NCBI GenBank assembly: GCA_050084515.1
Contig: CM114271.1
Coordinates: 27,156,001-27,220,000 of the forward strand
DNA from: Blasia pusilla
Taxonomy: Eukaryota
Reading direction: 5' to 3'
Length of the DNA stretch: 64,000 bases
Made by a program: the position numbers and the translations under genes. Under the pieces are notes generated by a model that had not been told where the DNA came from, ran no database searches, and saw nothing but the letters and a program-made list of their open reading frames with translations. Below are positions 9,823 to 23,541 of the stretch, in pieces. Numbering within the stretch: position 1 is the first letter of the stretch; each line of letters begins with the position of its first letter.

Positions 9823-11171
9823 AGCATTGCGAGCACCGTGGATGCTAGAGAGCGGGATCGGATCCTACAGCGGGCCAGACGGTTTCGTTGGGAGGGGACA
9901 CATGTTTTGAGGGTTTGGGAGGATGGCAGAGTACGCGTAGTGCCGCATCCTTTGCAGAGAGCACGACTAGTGCAGCATGCCCACGAGGAGTTTGGTCACT
10001 TTGGGGTGAAGCGGACATACAACTTGCTCCAGATTCAGTATTGGTGGCAAGGCATGCAGACTGACGTTCAACAGTTTGTTGCCAGGTGCATGGTGTGTGA
10101 TCCGGTCCGAGCATCGTTCAATGCTCCGACTCCACAGTTGCATCTATTACCAATCATGGGCTTAGGGTATAGATGGAGTTTGGATTTTGCAGGACCTTTG
10201 CCTTTGATGAAGCGTCACAGTCGTTAAGTGTTGGTGATGATCGAGTACTTCTCGAAGTGGATCAGGTTGGTTGCATTGCCTGACAAAGTGAGTGAGGGAG
10301 TAGCTTATGCCTTCCTTGACAGAGTGCTGAGTCATTATCGCGCACCGGCTGAGGTGTTGACAGACCAAGGTACCGAGTTTCGCGGTGAGTTCCAAGCCTT
10401 GTGTGATCAGGCACTGATCGACCACCGCATGACTTCGCGAGATCATCCTGAGGCGGATGGATTAGCGGAGAGAGTTGTGCAGACGGTGAAGAGGGATTTA
10501 GGCAAGTATGGCTTGCATACAAATTCAGCAGGGAGACATCCTTAGCGTCTTTTTCATTGTACTTGCTACTTTATGGCCGAGAGCCAGATTTACCTACGGC
10601 CGTTCGTCGAGATGCTGGTGAGGTGCTAGACCTTGATGACCCAGATGTATGGGTGCGAGCATGTTCTCAAAGGGCTGAGTTGTTTTGGAGAGTGATGCCC
10701 ATGGCGTTCGAGAACTTGGCGATTGCGCAGCATCGAGATACGTTGAGGTATGCGACTATTCGGGGTGGTGGTGGTTATCGACCAACTATCCGGAGGTTTC
10801 ATCAGGGAGATTATGTCTACTTGCAGCAGATGGCACCGACGACGTTGGATGTGACTGTAGGGCGCACTATCTAGAGAGTGCGTGATGTTTTGCCATCCGG
10901 TGTTCTCTTGCTAGAGGGACGCGATGGTATGGTATGGAAGGACCATGAGCGTAATTGTGCGCCATGTCCACTTCCTAACATTGATGGTACAGTAGATCCG
11001 AGCTTAGCAATAGTTCCTGTAGGCTTGCATTGTATGTTGTGTGGTTCAACCCGTGGTGTGGCCACGATGCTAGTCTGTGATGGATGTTGGAGAGGTTGGC
11101 ATATGGCATGTCTAATGCCACCTCTCACTAGGGTTCCTCTAGGATGATGGATGTGTCCCAGATGTACATAG
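9823..11171 (+). mobile_element. Gypsy-type LTR retrotransposon fragment: integrase with C-terminal PHD finger (degenerate)
   Basis: HHCC (HEEFGH...CMVC), WSLDFAGP, LTDQGTEF and ADGLAERVVQT integrase motifs, then CMLC...CDGC...HMAC...WMCPRC; stops and frameshifts present. Truncated on the left by the MULE end. Confidence 0.9.
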
Positions 11172-11290
11172 AGGAGATACTAGGTAGGTTTCGATTCCAA
11201 CTTTTTCTGTGACATGGATGATAGAAAGGCGACTAACGATGGGGCCACATGAGCATCCGGCCTTTATGCTCTTAGCGTCCTAGAGATTTA

Positions 11291-11485
11291 TGTCGTGGTA
11301 GGTAGGGATAGATGGATATCTGGAGTTAGAGGGACCTAACCACAAACTAGGGGGGCGATTGGAGATATTTTGGTACTTCTCGCCTTTTTGCATGGATGCC
11401 ATGAGTAAGCATGGGATCGTGTGTGTTTGTGTGTGTGTTCGATGACAACGATGTATGTTGTGTAGCGATGTGTATGCGCACGACA
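11291..11485. repeat. Candidate LTR
   Basis: TGTCGTG...CACGACA terminal inverted repeat just downstream of the integrase-PHD frame; no TSD and no clear PPT. Confidence 0.4.
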
Positions 11486-11639
11486 ACTGTCACAACTTTT
11501 AGGATAGATCAGTGGAATCTAGCAGAGCGTCTTCACGAGTAGTGGAGGACATGCCCAAGAGGTCGAGAATGACCTGTTGAGGCCTTGGGAAACCTGAGAG
11601 AGTAGGGGCTACGATGTTATCATTGTATCACCAAGAAAA

Positions 11640-14600
11640 ATGTAGACCTACCAAGATCCTATCCATGACCCTCTAAAACTTTTCCAAGGCGTTCTTTAAC
11701 CCAAATGGTAAGAACCTCCATCGGCTCAAGAAATCCTCTGTGTGAGGATTAATGTCCCAAAATCTGGTCTTCTACATGTCCTCCAATATGATAGGAAATT
11801 GATGGTATCCAACTTGAAGATCTAAAGACCTTTGCATGCCCAATAGTATCAAAGATCCCCTCAAGATTGGTAGGCATGGCATACCAATCGGACCTCGTTT
11901 ATGGATTGAAAGCTCAGTAATCTTCACAAATTCCCCTATCCGTTGAGTTGCCATATATGCACATACTTCTTTGTGGGCATGACAATGGCATATGCATACT
12001 CTCCATACAACATCTCCACTAGTCTTATGTTAACCAAGTTCTAGCTCTCGCTCTGAATTAGGGCCCTCTCCATATTATTGGTCATATAGGTCGTCGAAAG
12101 ATTGACGTGTCACTAGAAAACTCGATGCGGATCCTTGGACCCTTGGGTTTATCCAAATCATGCATAACGAATGCAAAACACCTTCTTTGACTTCTAAGGA
12201 ATTAATGTATCTGGCACCGATCTCCTCTTATCAACTTCGGGCCCATATCTAACTCCCAAGTCTCCATCGTGATTACTGAAGGACTCTCTAGTGTGGGTGG
12301 TTTTGGTTGTTATATCCATCTCAAATAATAGATCTCGGTTGCTCCTTTGTAGCCAACTTCGACATCTCACCTCCTAATGCTCTTCCATGTGTAGGACCAT
12401 GAACCACACTCATTTTTGTGGCTACCATCTTCGGACGTACCTGCAACACATCCCAATAAGTCCAAGGATGTCTCTCTCAATTACCTCCAACACGTTGATC
12501 TCCCCGGATCTAGTGTCTAGTCACTACTCAAACTGTCTCGGTAGTCATGGGTCTAACAAGTGCATTCTCCGCTTAATATGGACTAAGCTGAGAATCCATA
12601 TTAAGCAGTTTAGGTTCATCACCTCATCCAAGACATGGCGTTAGAACGCCTCTCATAGTAACAGTTCTACCATCACTCCTTTGGGAAACACCATCGTCTG
12701 CTCTCTCTCATCAACATTGGGCTCCACCAATTATTGTGTTTGTTTATCCTAAACTAAGCCAAAACCAGCCTACTTATATGCATGGGAACTGGGAAAACTC
12801 ACAAAAGTGGGAAATATTGCTCGTGGCATGCGAAGCCTATAAGTAACCATCAATAGAGGTCAATCATTGTACCTCATTTCTTATGATCAAGGTTTGGGAT
12901 CCAAAGTGGAATCACCCAAAAAATGGGATGGACGCTCCATGTACTCTCGCATATGTTCTCCTCAAAACCTCGTATGGCACCAAATTGGTCCACAACATAT
13001 GCGGGAGGTCTACTCATGAACCTATATTGCATCCAAAAAAATTTTTGGCCGATCTATGCAAGAGCTTGATCTGCAGTTGTCACCACTCATCATCTAGAAT
13101 TTTCCAAGGATAATACATTCTCTAGAATGTAAGATGGAAAATGGGATTGATGTTCTTGCAAATGCTGCAAGATCCTCATAATCTCCCAAAAAAACTTTGA
13201 TCGAGAGTCTTCTAAACCACCATCTCATCCAACACTCAATTGACCCTGACATGGCCAATACGAAATAACCAAATCAATGGTCCCGATCCAATCCAAGTTC
13301 TGCGCCTCTAACAATGAAATATCCCTTAGCAAGAAACTCTAGAAACCTTGTACAGCTAACGCAAGTAACATATGAGAGTGACATGGGCCTTCCAACCTTA
13401 TCACACTCCACATACAAATATTGTTGTTCACATCCTCTTTCATTGAAAACAACAACAAAACGAGTGTTGATCCCTCCAAAGAAATCCAACACTCTAATAC
13501 CCTCATCTAGGATGCACCACATAATTAGTGTGGTGTCCAAGCATGACATCGTTGCAGTCCCTGCTATCTTGGGCTTCTCTGACTTGTCGTGAATTAGTGC
13601 AAAGGTCTCACTCCACACCATGTGCATGTGCTTATCGACTAAGCGTTGAAGCTTCTGGCTCAAGCCCCACAAAAGCTCCTCTCCTCCAGGGAATGAGGTT
13701 GCTACCATAAAACTCCTCTCTATAAATGTGTCAATGACAGTTGTGTCCTCTACATAGATATTCCCCTCAATAAAATCCTCAAGCTTATTAAGTGATTGTG
13801 CAACTTAATAGTGCCAAATTCACCACCTCTCTTGGTTTTCGCTCAATCACTCGTGAATTGAACTCGTAACAAACTAAGTCACTCATCACTTTATTGCCAT
13901 CCTAGTTTGTAGAACATTGACTCTTCCCAGTAATCCAAGGTAAACTCCATTGGGTATAACAATACTCCGCATTATATGAGTCGGCTATGGTCACAATCAC
14001 CTTGGCTTGCATCATGGACTCATCTGATGGATATCCTAGTTGAATCCTCACCATGATTTCATATCAAGTGATAAACTGTGTCGTATTTACTCCACCCAAG
14101 GATGTCTATAACATGAATGGGCAACGCTCCACATCAGGAAAAGTCTTAAAAACGTCGCCCTCCCTAACATCAAGACCCCAAAAGACACACTATAGACAAA
14201 ACACTTTACCTTATGGATTCACCAAATGGAAAATCTCTCCCTGGCTGTCTAGCAAGACAAAATATGGAGAAACCATGACACACTCTATCGTGGGTTTAGC
14301 GGGTATTTGTGCTATCATAGCAGCTGCAATTTGTCATGAATCTGATGTGGACGACCTTTGCATAAGCTCCAAGGACATATTTATCATCTTGTTTATAACT
14401 ACCTATGAACATAAGGCCTATGTGATAATACCATCTCCGTGCTCACATAACATAGCGGCCAATCAAAACACCTCGGCAAGTCCCCCTCCCAGTGTCTTAA
14501 CATCAAAAGAGAAAAACAATGAGTGCGATACATGGCAATGGCCATCCCCAACAACCTTCTTCATATGTGCTCCACCTAAGCATTACCAATAGGAATCGTT

Positions 14601-16050
14601 GGGCTTGCCTCTCCCACCGCCAATCGTGTCTGCACACCAACCATATCCAACCTTTGGGAACTTGTTTAAGGCAATGAGGATCCCATTGATGGGTACATCA
14701 ATGGGATCCTCATTGCCTTAAACAAAGTAAGAAATTGAGGAAGCTACGTCTATTTTTTGGCTTTCCCTTTCTGTGGGTCCAACTCTATGACTACTCTACG
14801 AGTAACGAAAACCAGTGCCTCCATGTGTGAAGCCCCGCACATACAAACAAGATCCTCCTTATCTTTGATTTCTCTGTATAAGGTCGATGCCACTAACCCA
14901 ACATCAGGTAACCTCAACGCCTTCACGGAAATTTGCTACTCTAACTGCTCTAACAAGTCAGCCATTCTAGCCTGGCCGCTAGAGTTCCCCTTAACTTTTC
15001 TAGGTTGTGGACCTCTACCTCCTCGTCGAGCATATCCATCTCTCCTATGGGTGTATCCAACTCCTCGACCTCCTACTTGATCACTTGGAGGATGACTTTT
15101 GGCCCCATCTGGACTGCCAACTTGCTCTAGAACCCTCTTTCGCACTCAATTTGGACATAGCTTAAGGTGTAGGCTAAAATATCTAACGCATTTATGACCA
15201 TACTGCTCACAATGGTCAAAATATATTATGTCTAGTGCGAATATCCCAAGACCAATACATGGACGTCATAGAGTGTGACCTCTACTTCTCCTAGCTTTGC
15301 CTTAAGGCACTCTCAACCTTGAGCTTTGCAAACGGAAGACTCAGGTTGAGTTCCAAAGACTCAACCGATTGCATGTTCTGTAGAAAGTGAGAAACTGCCA
15401 AGGCCTAATCATATCAAGTCATTGCAAATGCGTGTTGTCTCCATATGAAGCCTCTTCCCCAAGCCTCAACCATTATCCCCAAATTGCTTCCTTATACCAG
15501 AGTACGTCATTGAATTCCTCAAGGTATGTCCCCTAGCTTAAACTTGAAACTCAGCCGAATACATATGGTTTTTGGTTCAAGGACTTAAACTTATAGGGTG
15601 GAGGAAGAGTACTCCACCCTATAGGTACTTCTAGGGTTCTTTTGGGAATCCCATCTTCTCAAAATCTCCATTGTCTCCCTAGACCCTTCATTTTGGCCTT
15701 GAATCCAAACGTAGTCTAGAACTCATAGATTGGCGTTTGACTAGTTATCCATCAAGATGCCTTGTAAAGGCTTCATGTAGATAATGCAACTCTCATATCC
15801 CCAAACACATCTTGAAGATTAGACTCACATTTCATGTGTCCCATGGATGGTTCGTGTCTAGAATTCCCATTTGGTGTCTCATGGTTGTCTTTCACCCTTC
15901 ACACTTTAGGATTAGTCTCCCCTATTATGATTACACTAAACCCTTGGAGGTATTCATTTCCGTGGAAAGGACAGGATCTGTTCGCCATCTTAAATCCCAC
16001 CTAAGACGCAACCCTTGCTAGGTCAAGTGAAAACCTCCTCTGACCACTTT
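11640..16050 (-). mobile_element. Heavily decayed Gypsy-type retrotransposon (gag - protease - C5 DNMT - RT)
   Basis: RT remnants DLQVGYHQ (~11800-11823) and FLPFGLKNA (~11690-11715); protease-region remnant CPFML*TSLGG (~14090-14125); possible tRNA-Met-like PBS at ~16485-16495. Boundaries approximate. Confidence 0.7.
12570..13520 (-). pseudogene. C5-cytosine DNA methyltransferase domain inside Gypsy pol
   Basis: Motifs in canonical order: I IRVLDFFGGI (~13470-13500), IV DLVISYWPCQG (PCQ 13246-13254), VI YILENV (ENV 13114-13122), VIII-like LWTNL (~12981-12995), IX EPNVDEREQTMVFP (~12690-12728), X-like RHVLDEVMNLNCL; many stops and frameshifts. Confidence 0.8.
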
Positions 16051-17613
16051 CACACCAAGGATCCATGAGATGAGAATGTTAAGGACATCCTGCTATATCA
16101 CTCAAGCTTGGCTCAAGTACTTCTGGCCAATCTCTTGAATGAAGAATCCACACCCTACCACTTAACTCATGCTTAAGGTTCATGCACAAGACCTTTTCGC
16201 AGTTAGAATGCACAGGTTACACGTGTTACACGTCATCATCATTGATGACAAAGGTCTCTGCCCGCCCGGATGGGCCTTCCTCAGTTTTCTTGTACACCGA
16301 CATATCCATGGATTTATCTTGAAAGAGATTTTTTCCTTGAAGAACTTTCAAGAAATGTGTGTTTTGTATCAAACGTTATCTTTCAAGCCAACCTCTATAA
16401 CTACCCTACATCCACTCTGACTTAGAAAGGGGGAAAATCTGAATTGAGTCCAAGTTCCACTTTCACCCATTTGTCCACATTGCTTCCAGATACCATGTAG
16501 TCAAAAACTTCACAATCATTAACCTATTTGTTCCTGACCCATGGTATTCTGTGCCATCTCCCTCCTATTTTAAGCAAGCCAAAGGATACTTCAGGCAAGT
16601 ACACTCTCTTCTTATCTAAGAACTGAAAAGATAAGTTCGAGGACATTCAGCTGCCGTGTCCCTAGCCGCTTTTGGTATGGGAACGCTGTGCAGAGCAATG
16701 TGGACATTCACCATGAGAGACAAGTGGTAGATTGCTCAAAGATTGAAGGACAAAACGCCCTTTGAGACATCCAAGTAAGAAATTCATGTATAAAATGAAA
16801 ACCTAGATCCACTGGGGAGAGGAGAATTGACAATAACTCAAATCAGACTTTACATCCACCAGGCAAATATGCTCCGCTGTACAGAAAAATACTCTACGCG
16901 GCAGCAAGTTGACATTGAAAAAGTTAATCAACCTAATAGTGGCCGCTGTGTGGAGTCAACTATGACTAAGAGACGGCCCTTCTCAGGGAAGGAGCAATCA
17001 CATAAAGCTCTGCATTAAAATAACATGACAACTTGCTCTCCCGCGGGTACTGTCGTAGGAGAGTTTGGCAAGTATCATAAGTCCAGCTGTACAGCGCACT
17101 GTGCCATCAAGAAGGCAAACATTGGCAGGACGTTGCTCAGCAACCAGACCCATTAGCTACTCTCATTACAGCCCCTCTATCAACGCAGCATGCTAGGCAG
17201 AGCAGAAACGCATTATTTACCAAGCTACTGACGAAACAATATACGCTCAAGGGAGATCTGCTCCTAGTTCCATAACCTGCCACAGACGTGGGTGGCAATC
17301 TACAGTAATTAGGGAACGTGAAACAAGAATAACAAACAACTCCCTAAGAATTTGACAACACAAGCTGGACGTGGTGCGACACACTATTGTAAAGAAATAC
17401 GCACCATGCCCTAGATGCTTGTCCCCCGAGAATGCCACCTGATCTCTAAAAGATGACATGACATCTTGAAAAGGGCGAGTCCGCAGTAAACTAAAGTTGC
17501 AGAGTTCTGGCCGAAAGACATGGCCAAGCAAAAGAGAGCAGCTAAAAGGTGTCTAACCACATCTTCTCCTTGCACTGTGGAGGAGGCCACCAGTTCTTTG
17601 TGATCCACTGAAC

Positions 17614-20600
17614 TCAGTCTTCATAGTCGCCTGCATGCTCCAATAAGTAGTTGGCAGCCAATTCCTCATTCTTGTCACACGCCAGAAAGGCCTCGATGAC
17701 GAGATTGCGCTCAAAACCCATTGCCTCGAGCTGCAATGTGGAAGGACAGCAGAGGCAGTCAATTAGCTCATAGCTGCAAATAACAACTGCTATTGCGGTC
17801 TGAATACCAGGAGACATAAATAAACTCTAAGTGTGGGCGAGGGGATAGTCCTACCCTCTCAATAGCTTCCCTCTCTTCTTGAGTAACATTTATAGATTGT
17901 GGCATAGCTCCTGCTAGTTGGCCAAGTAAGTCGCTGCAAAATTCAAATGGGAATCCCATTAGCATAGACAACTGTCTTCATCCAATCTAACTGTAGATGA
18001 CAACCATCAGGAACTTCAAAAGAACTTCATAATGTTTCAGCAGACAGAAAAAAATACAACCATACTCACCCTTCAGCAGCTTCACCACCTGGCTCATTGA
18101 TAAGGCGTAAAAATTCTGGCTGATTCTCATTAATAAGGCGCAAAAGTTGAGGATTTTGTTTTCCAAGCTCTTGCAGCATAGGCTGAAACCGACAGAAAAA
18201 GAAAGGTGTTCAGAATTTCCCAAACCGATGACAACTTTCATTCAACACAACAGTGATTGCTGTGCCAAGATAAGAATCTCAATTAAAATAACGGTCCAAC
18301 TGGTGATAAATCTTGAGCAAATTAGACTGAGATCCAGTTCCACATTCAAAAGGACTTTCACAAACCACTTGATACCACTAATATGTAAATGCTTCCAGCA
18401 CTGCACATACTGGTTACAAGAGGTAATTCACCAACCCAGTACAAAGTTCCACAAGTAAAATGACTCATAGTCAACCTAAACACAGAAATACTTGTTGTAA
18501 GTGCACTAAAACTGGAATCTGTAAACTGTCTTGACAATTTGGCACTCTTGTTCCTAGACAATTACTAATCTACTCACATGCAAACAGGTTAACACATGGC
18601 CATCTTCAACAGTGACCTTCATGTGTGTCTGAGCGTACCTGCAAGATTTGAGGATTGGCTTGTACCATTGTCCTTAGCGCTTGAAACTACACATGCACAA
18701 ACCAGGCATCGCCCACTGGTAAGTCTGGCGAATGTGGGTAAACTTGATTCCATCCAATCATCAAGTGCATAGAGTGAAAGAATCACAAGATAAAAATGGT
18801 GAGGAAGCAGCCATTCTCTGGCATGACCAACCCAAAGAACATTCGGATTGGTATGCAGAACTAATATATAAACATACCTGGGCATTGGTCCGTAAGAAAT
18901 CAAGAGCACCTGCGCCAGCACCTGGGCCACCAATGCCAGGAATGCCCTGCAGAGTTCAACTCTTTCTCATTAAAGTTTAATCACAACTTGTAGGATGTAG
19001 GCTTTCTCTACTACCGCCAATTATACATCCAATCAAAGTTCAGACAACAAATGGTTAAGAACGAACTCAAATAGAATTCTCTTGCATACCTGGGGGAAGA
19101 GGTCCAAGGGGGCTGCATTTGGTCCACCTAGAGGGGGGGCTGGTTGGGCAGGAGCAGCAGGAGCTGGCACAGCTACAGGCGCAGATCCAGTTCCTTGAGG
19201 GGGGGGGGGAGCACGTGCCACGGGGGCCGCAACTTCAGCTGCCTCTGGGATGCCCTGCCAAATTGCAAGAGCACTTCAGGTTTAACTTTTGGGAAGATTG
19301 CTGATTAGCTGTGTTACCCCTGAACATGATAATAGAAACTGAGATGACAAAAGCACAACCCACATCCTGGGAAAGACATAATCTAGTGTCAAATTCCATC
19401 TGCAGAACAAGAGTATATCACAAAGCAAGTATACACCAATGCCCACAGTATGTTCTCCATGTGTACAAAATTCAAACCACGGGCTTTAGAGTACTTACAG
19501 AGTACAGGTATTCAACAGCCCGCTCAGGGTTGTTGTACGCAGCTCGCAGGGCTCTGACAACTGTATCTCGATCCCAGCTTCCACCACCCATGTCAATAAT
19601 CTGTTGAATGGTTTGCTCCAAGTTTGTCCCAGCAACAAGATTTGATGCAGCTTGGCCATAAGGATCCGCAGGAGCACTGTACAATCCACCTCAAGTTCAA
19701 AACGTCCCATTTATCAGTCTTTAACCTCGCAGGTCTCGTACACTTTCCCAACAGATTCTTAGAATCGGGGATGTCCAACTTGAGGTATTGAATCCTAGAT
19801 TGTTATCTTTCATTCAGTGCTGTTGTTAGAGTCTATTACACACAAGAAATAATGATAGCCACAATCAGCTAATTGATGTAACTTGCAGGTGAATTAATCA
19901 GATCACGATATGGATCCCAGATCCAAAGGTGGAGAGCACCGACAGAGACTTGCACGTTAAGACAGAGAGACCACATTGCGCACTCCATGAAAAGCAACCA
20001 CAGTTACACCCCCCCCCCCCAAGAAGTATATGCAGAAATGTCTGTTGAGTTAAAGTTTTGTCAAGAGGGTTTGCTACTTTCTCATGAGATTCAACATGAC
20101 ATCCGTCCGAAGACTTATGTTGGACATTCATCTGGAAACTAGTGAAAATTGACATATACAGTCTATATTCACAAAACCGTAATAGTATAGGCTTGAGAGC
20201 CAAGATTCCACGTACGCAGCGGTGGCTGATCCAGGGGCTGGAGGTGTGGCACCCGTCAATGCTACAGGTAAGGTAGATCTGAAGACAACCATTGCAGGAA
20301 TCCGATGAATATCAATCACAGGAGTATTCAAATAACCTAAAGAAACTACACAGGAATACCCTATCGCATTGTCAACTGTCATACATATCACTCCTGGAGA
20401 GCATCATATAGAGCTATACTCAGCATTTCATATATATACCTTGACCATATATGACACATTAACAACTACTTATGCACATCGTAAACAGACTCACGGAGCA
20501 GGAGCAGTTCCAGCTGTGGGAGCAGGTGCAGGCGTAGGAGTAGGGACAGGAGTAGGAGCTGTGGGGGTTGGGGCAGCTACAGCTGCAGGAGCTGCCGGTG

Positions 20601-23541
20601 CCACAACAGCCTGCATAAAACATACCCAACATACTCACGCCCTCAAAGATTTCTTCAAAAGACTATGCATTACACATGTGTGAAATTAATTTTTGGCAAT
20701 ACAGGAATAGAGACTGTAAAAAAATTGTAATAATTCTGCGATTGAGTAGCACGCTGTATGCATAATAGTCAATGTCACTGCATATTTACTTTGTGTGATA
20801 AGATTCTCCACTCTCCATCATTAGATTAGAAAGAAATCCAAAGAATGGGAACAATTAATCAATTTTCACCAACATGGGCCAATTTCCTGCAACAAGATAG
20901 TAGTCTGAACTACTCACACAATTGATCATAGACCTTACAACACACCATTATGAGATTAAGAAGCCTGGGAATTGTACACATAGCAATCCTAGATCTGTTC
21001 TGTGCCAGAACTTCAGGGCTTTGAATATAAGTACTATCACCACTGTGGGGAATATAAGTACTATCCCCACTTTGTGGACCTTCTTGCCAGCAGAATCACA
21101 TTCCTTTTAAAAGCCTGGAAGAACAACTTGCCTGCGCAGCAGGAGTAGAAGACGATGAAGGAGGTGCAGCTGCTGGTGTCTTTGTCTGCAGAATAAGAGA
21201 AAAGTGAAATGGTCAGCAATGTACCATTCATAACTAAAATTTTACTGATGCTTAAAACTCTTCCTTCAAGGAACTCCGTGGGTAGAGAAACCTACTTTCG
21301 GTGTTAAGGGTTACCTGTACAGGATTCATGTGTCCGTAAGATTCACTAGTTTAGGGTTTCAGCTGAGCACCCAGAATCAGGGGACTACTGCCATCCACTG
21401 TCTATGCAACACTGCTACTAAGAGGAAGGTGAGGTCAAAGTTGAAAACTCATCCCTTATAGTGTCGTGTGAGTACTATTACTTCCACTTTTGTGTGTACT
21501 ATTACTTCCACTTGTGTGTGCAGCTGCATGGGTGCACGAAGTTCTCTATTAACTATATTAGCCTAATGCCATACACTGTTATTAGTCACCGTGAGCCAAA
21601 AATATTAAACCTCAAATCTTCTACTCAAATTTTTGCTAAAATATCGGAGGTCCAAAACACTTATGTCTATATGGGAGGAAGGTGGGATGCATCTCTTTCC
21701 ATTCGAGTGACAGTTTGCCTGCTTCGTCCCACCATCCAAATATACGAACTCTCCAACCAAAGGACAATTCTGTGACTAGCACTAAAGTAACAATGCTGTC
21801 GCTGGTACTAAAATATGGAGGCATCTTGAATTGAGAGAAAATTCCACAGGAAAACAGTCTGGTACTAAAAGAGAATAACCTGACGGTTCACTGTTGGCCC
21901 AATCTAGCTCTGACAGGCACTGCTTGAAACCCAGATATTCTTTGGTCTCTCTCTAGATGTGTGCTATTTAGTGTCTGAACTTACACCTGAAAAAAGGTCA
22001 CGAATTCTTTGCTGTTCAAGAACTCCCAGTCCACTCTCACTTCATACGTCAGAAATGTTGATTGTTCCTACAGGCGACTCACCTTTGTAAGCATGACCAC
22101 AAGGAATCCATTTTCAGAAACCTTATTGTCATCCATTGTCGTTTCATCCTTCAGCACTTTCCCTTGGTGAATAAGGAGTTGTTGAGCACAAGGGAAAAGC
22201 TCCCTACCCTGGGTGTCTTCTATCTGCTTCTTCACAGCTATGACCTACACACGCACCGTTTCATGGATTGAGATTTCCCTGCCAAGTGAAGTTCGACCTT
22301 CACCATTACCTAGATTATTCCAGTCAGAATAGTCCAAAACAAGTAACTTGTTCTAACAAGTCTAAATAAAATGTTGGACGTTGATGGACACAGTAACGAA
22401 TACTAAAGAGGCAAAGGGAGACTTAGGACCAGAAAACAACACCCAGGTGCAAAAGTCATAAAATATGTGTCGAAGGACCATGAAATACAATCGAAAAACA
22501 TACCAAGACGAGACTTCCCATCTTGTCCAATTTAGAACCTCCTGTTCTTGCTGAAGCGGTTTGCCCAAACCAGAAATAACCTCTACAAATTTGAAAGGGA
22601 CAAACCCGTCTTGCCTCGCTAACTTTGAACTCAGAGAACAAGTTGACTACCCCAAGAATTTCCCCACCAACCAAACAGCAAGAAGCGATCCACACTCGTA
22701 CCAGCTAATGTTTGCCTAGAGATCTCGAATCCACATTGGACATCCAACTCGATGCCAAATACCTTGCAACTGTGTCCTTTTAAAAGCGAATCAGTCTCTA
22801 CTATTCATTAAATGCGTCGCTTCACGCTTGAGGGGAGGGGAGACTCGGCCAGTGGCAAACAAAGCATCCAGAAGGACATGCTCTCCAGAAGACGAGGGGT
22901 TAAGGTAGAGCAACAAGGGCTACACAGAGAAAAAAGCGCTATCATTTAGTAGCGTAGAGAGTCCACTAGCGCAAGGAAACGTAAGTCTCAACAAGGCCAG
23001 TCAACGTCCTCATCCAAGTGGATGCAAGACGCAAATGCCACCATGTCATAACGAACATCCATGCCAGGAGAGCGGCATCATCTCGCAACATTAACCATAT
23101 CTCCACCGGCAAGAAACCCCACAACTCTTCAAAGCAACACTCATGCGTAAGAGGTTCACTTCCAGGGACAAGCAGAGAAAACATGGTGAAATAGGTCTTC
23201 ACAGATCATTCGCGGACACAGTGCTACGTTGAGACAGGCACCGAGAAGCATACAATCGCAACTTCCAAACGGAAGAGGCGGCGCAGAACCCGACAGCACC
23301 CGAATTGAATGAAACCAAGCCTACACACCCGGACGGACAAGAAGAACAAAAACCTAAACGAACCGGACCGTAACGAAGAACAAACGGAAATAACTCCAAC
23401 AGCTTCCGAAATCTACACAGCGACACTCTCCCAACGTGCATGAACAGACCACGGGGACAAAGGGATGATACATACTGTATCCGACGGGCTGACATCGAGA
23501 TCAAAGTGGTTGCCCTTAAGAGTCTTCACCGAAATCTTCAT
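17614..23541 (-). CDS. RAD23: Ubiquitin receptor RAD23 (UBL-UBA-STI1-UBA), 12 coding exons
   Basis: Exons 23541-23476, 22244-22083, 21185-21132, 20610-20495, 20278-20216, 19676-19499, 19254-19090, 18946-18878, 18686-18639, 18182-18070, 17933-17855 and 17730-17614 join in frame: [10 protein letters not shown]..., [35 protein letters not shown]. Confidence 0.97.
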
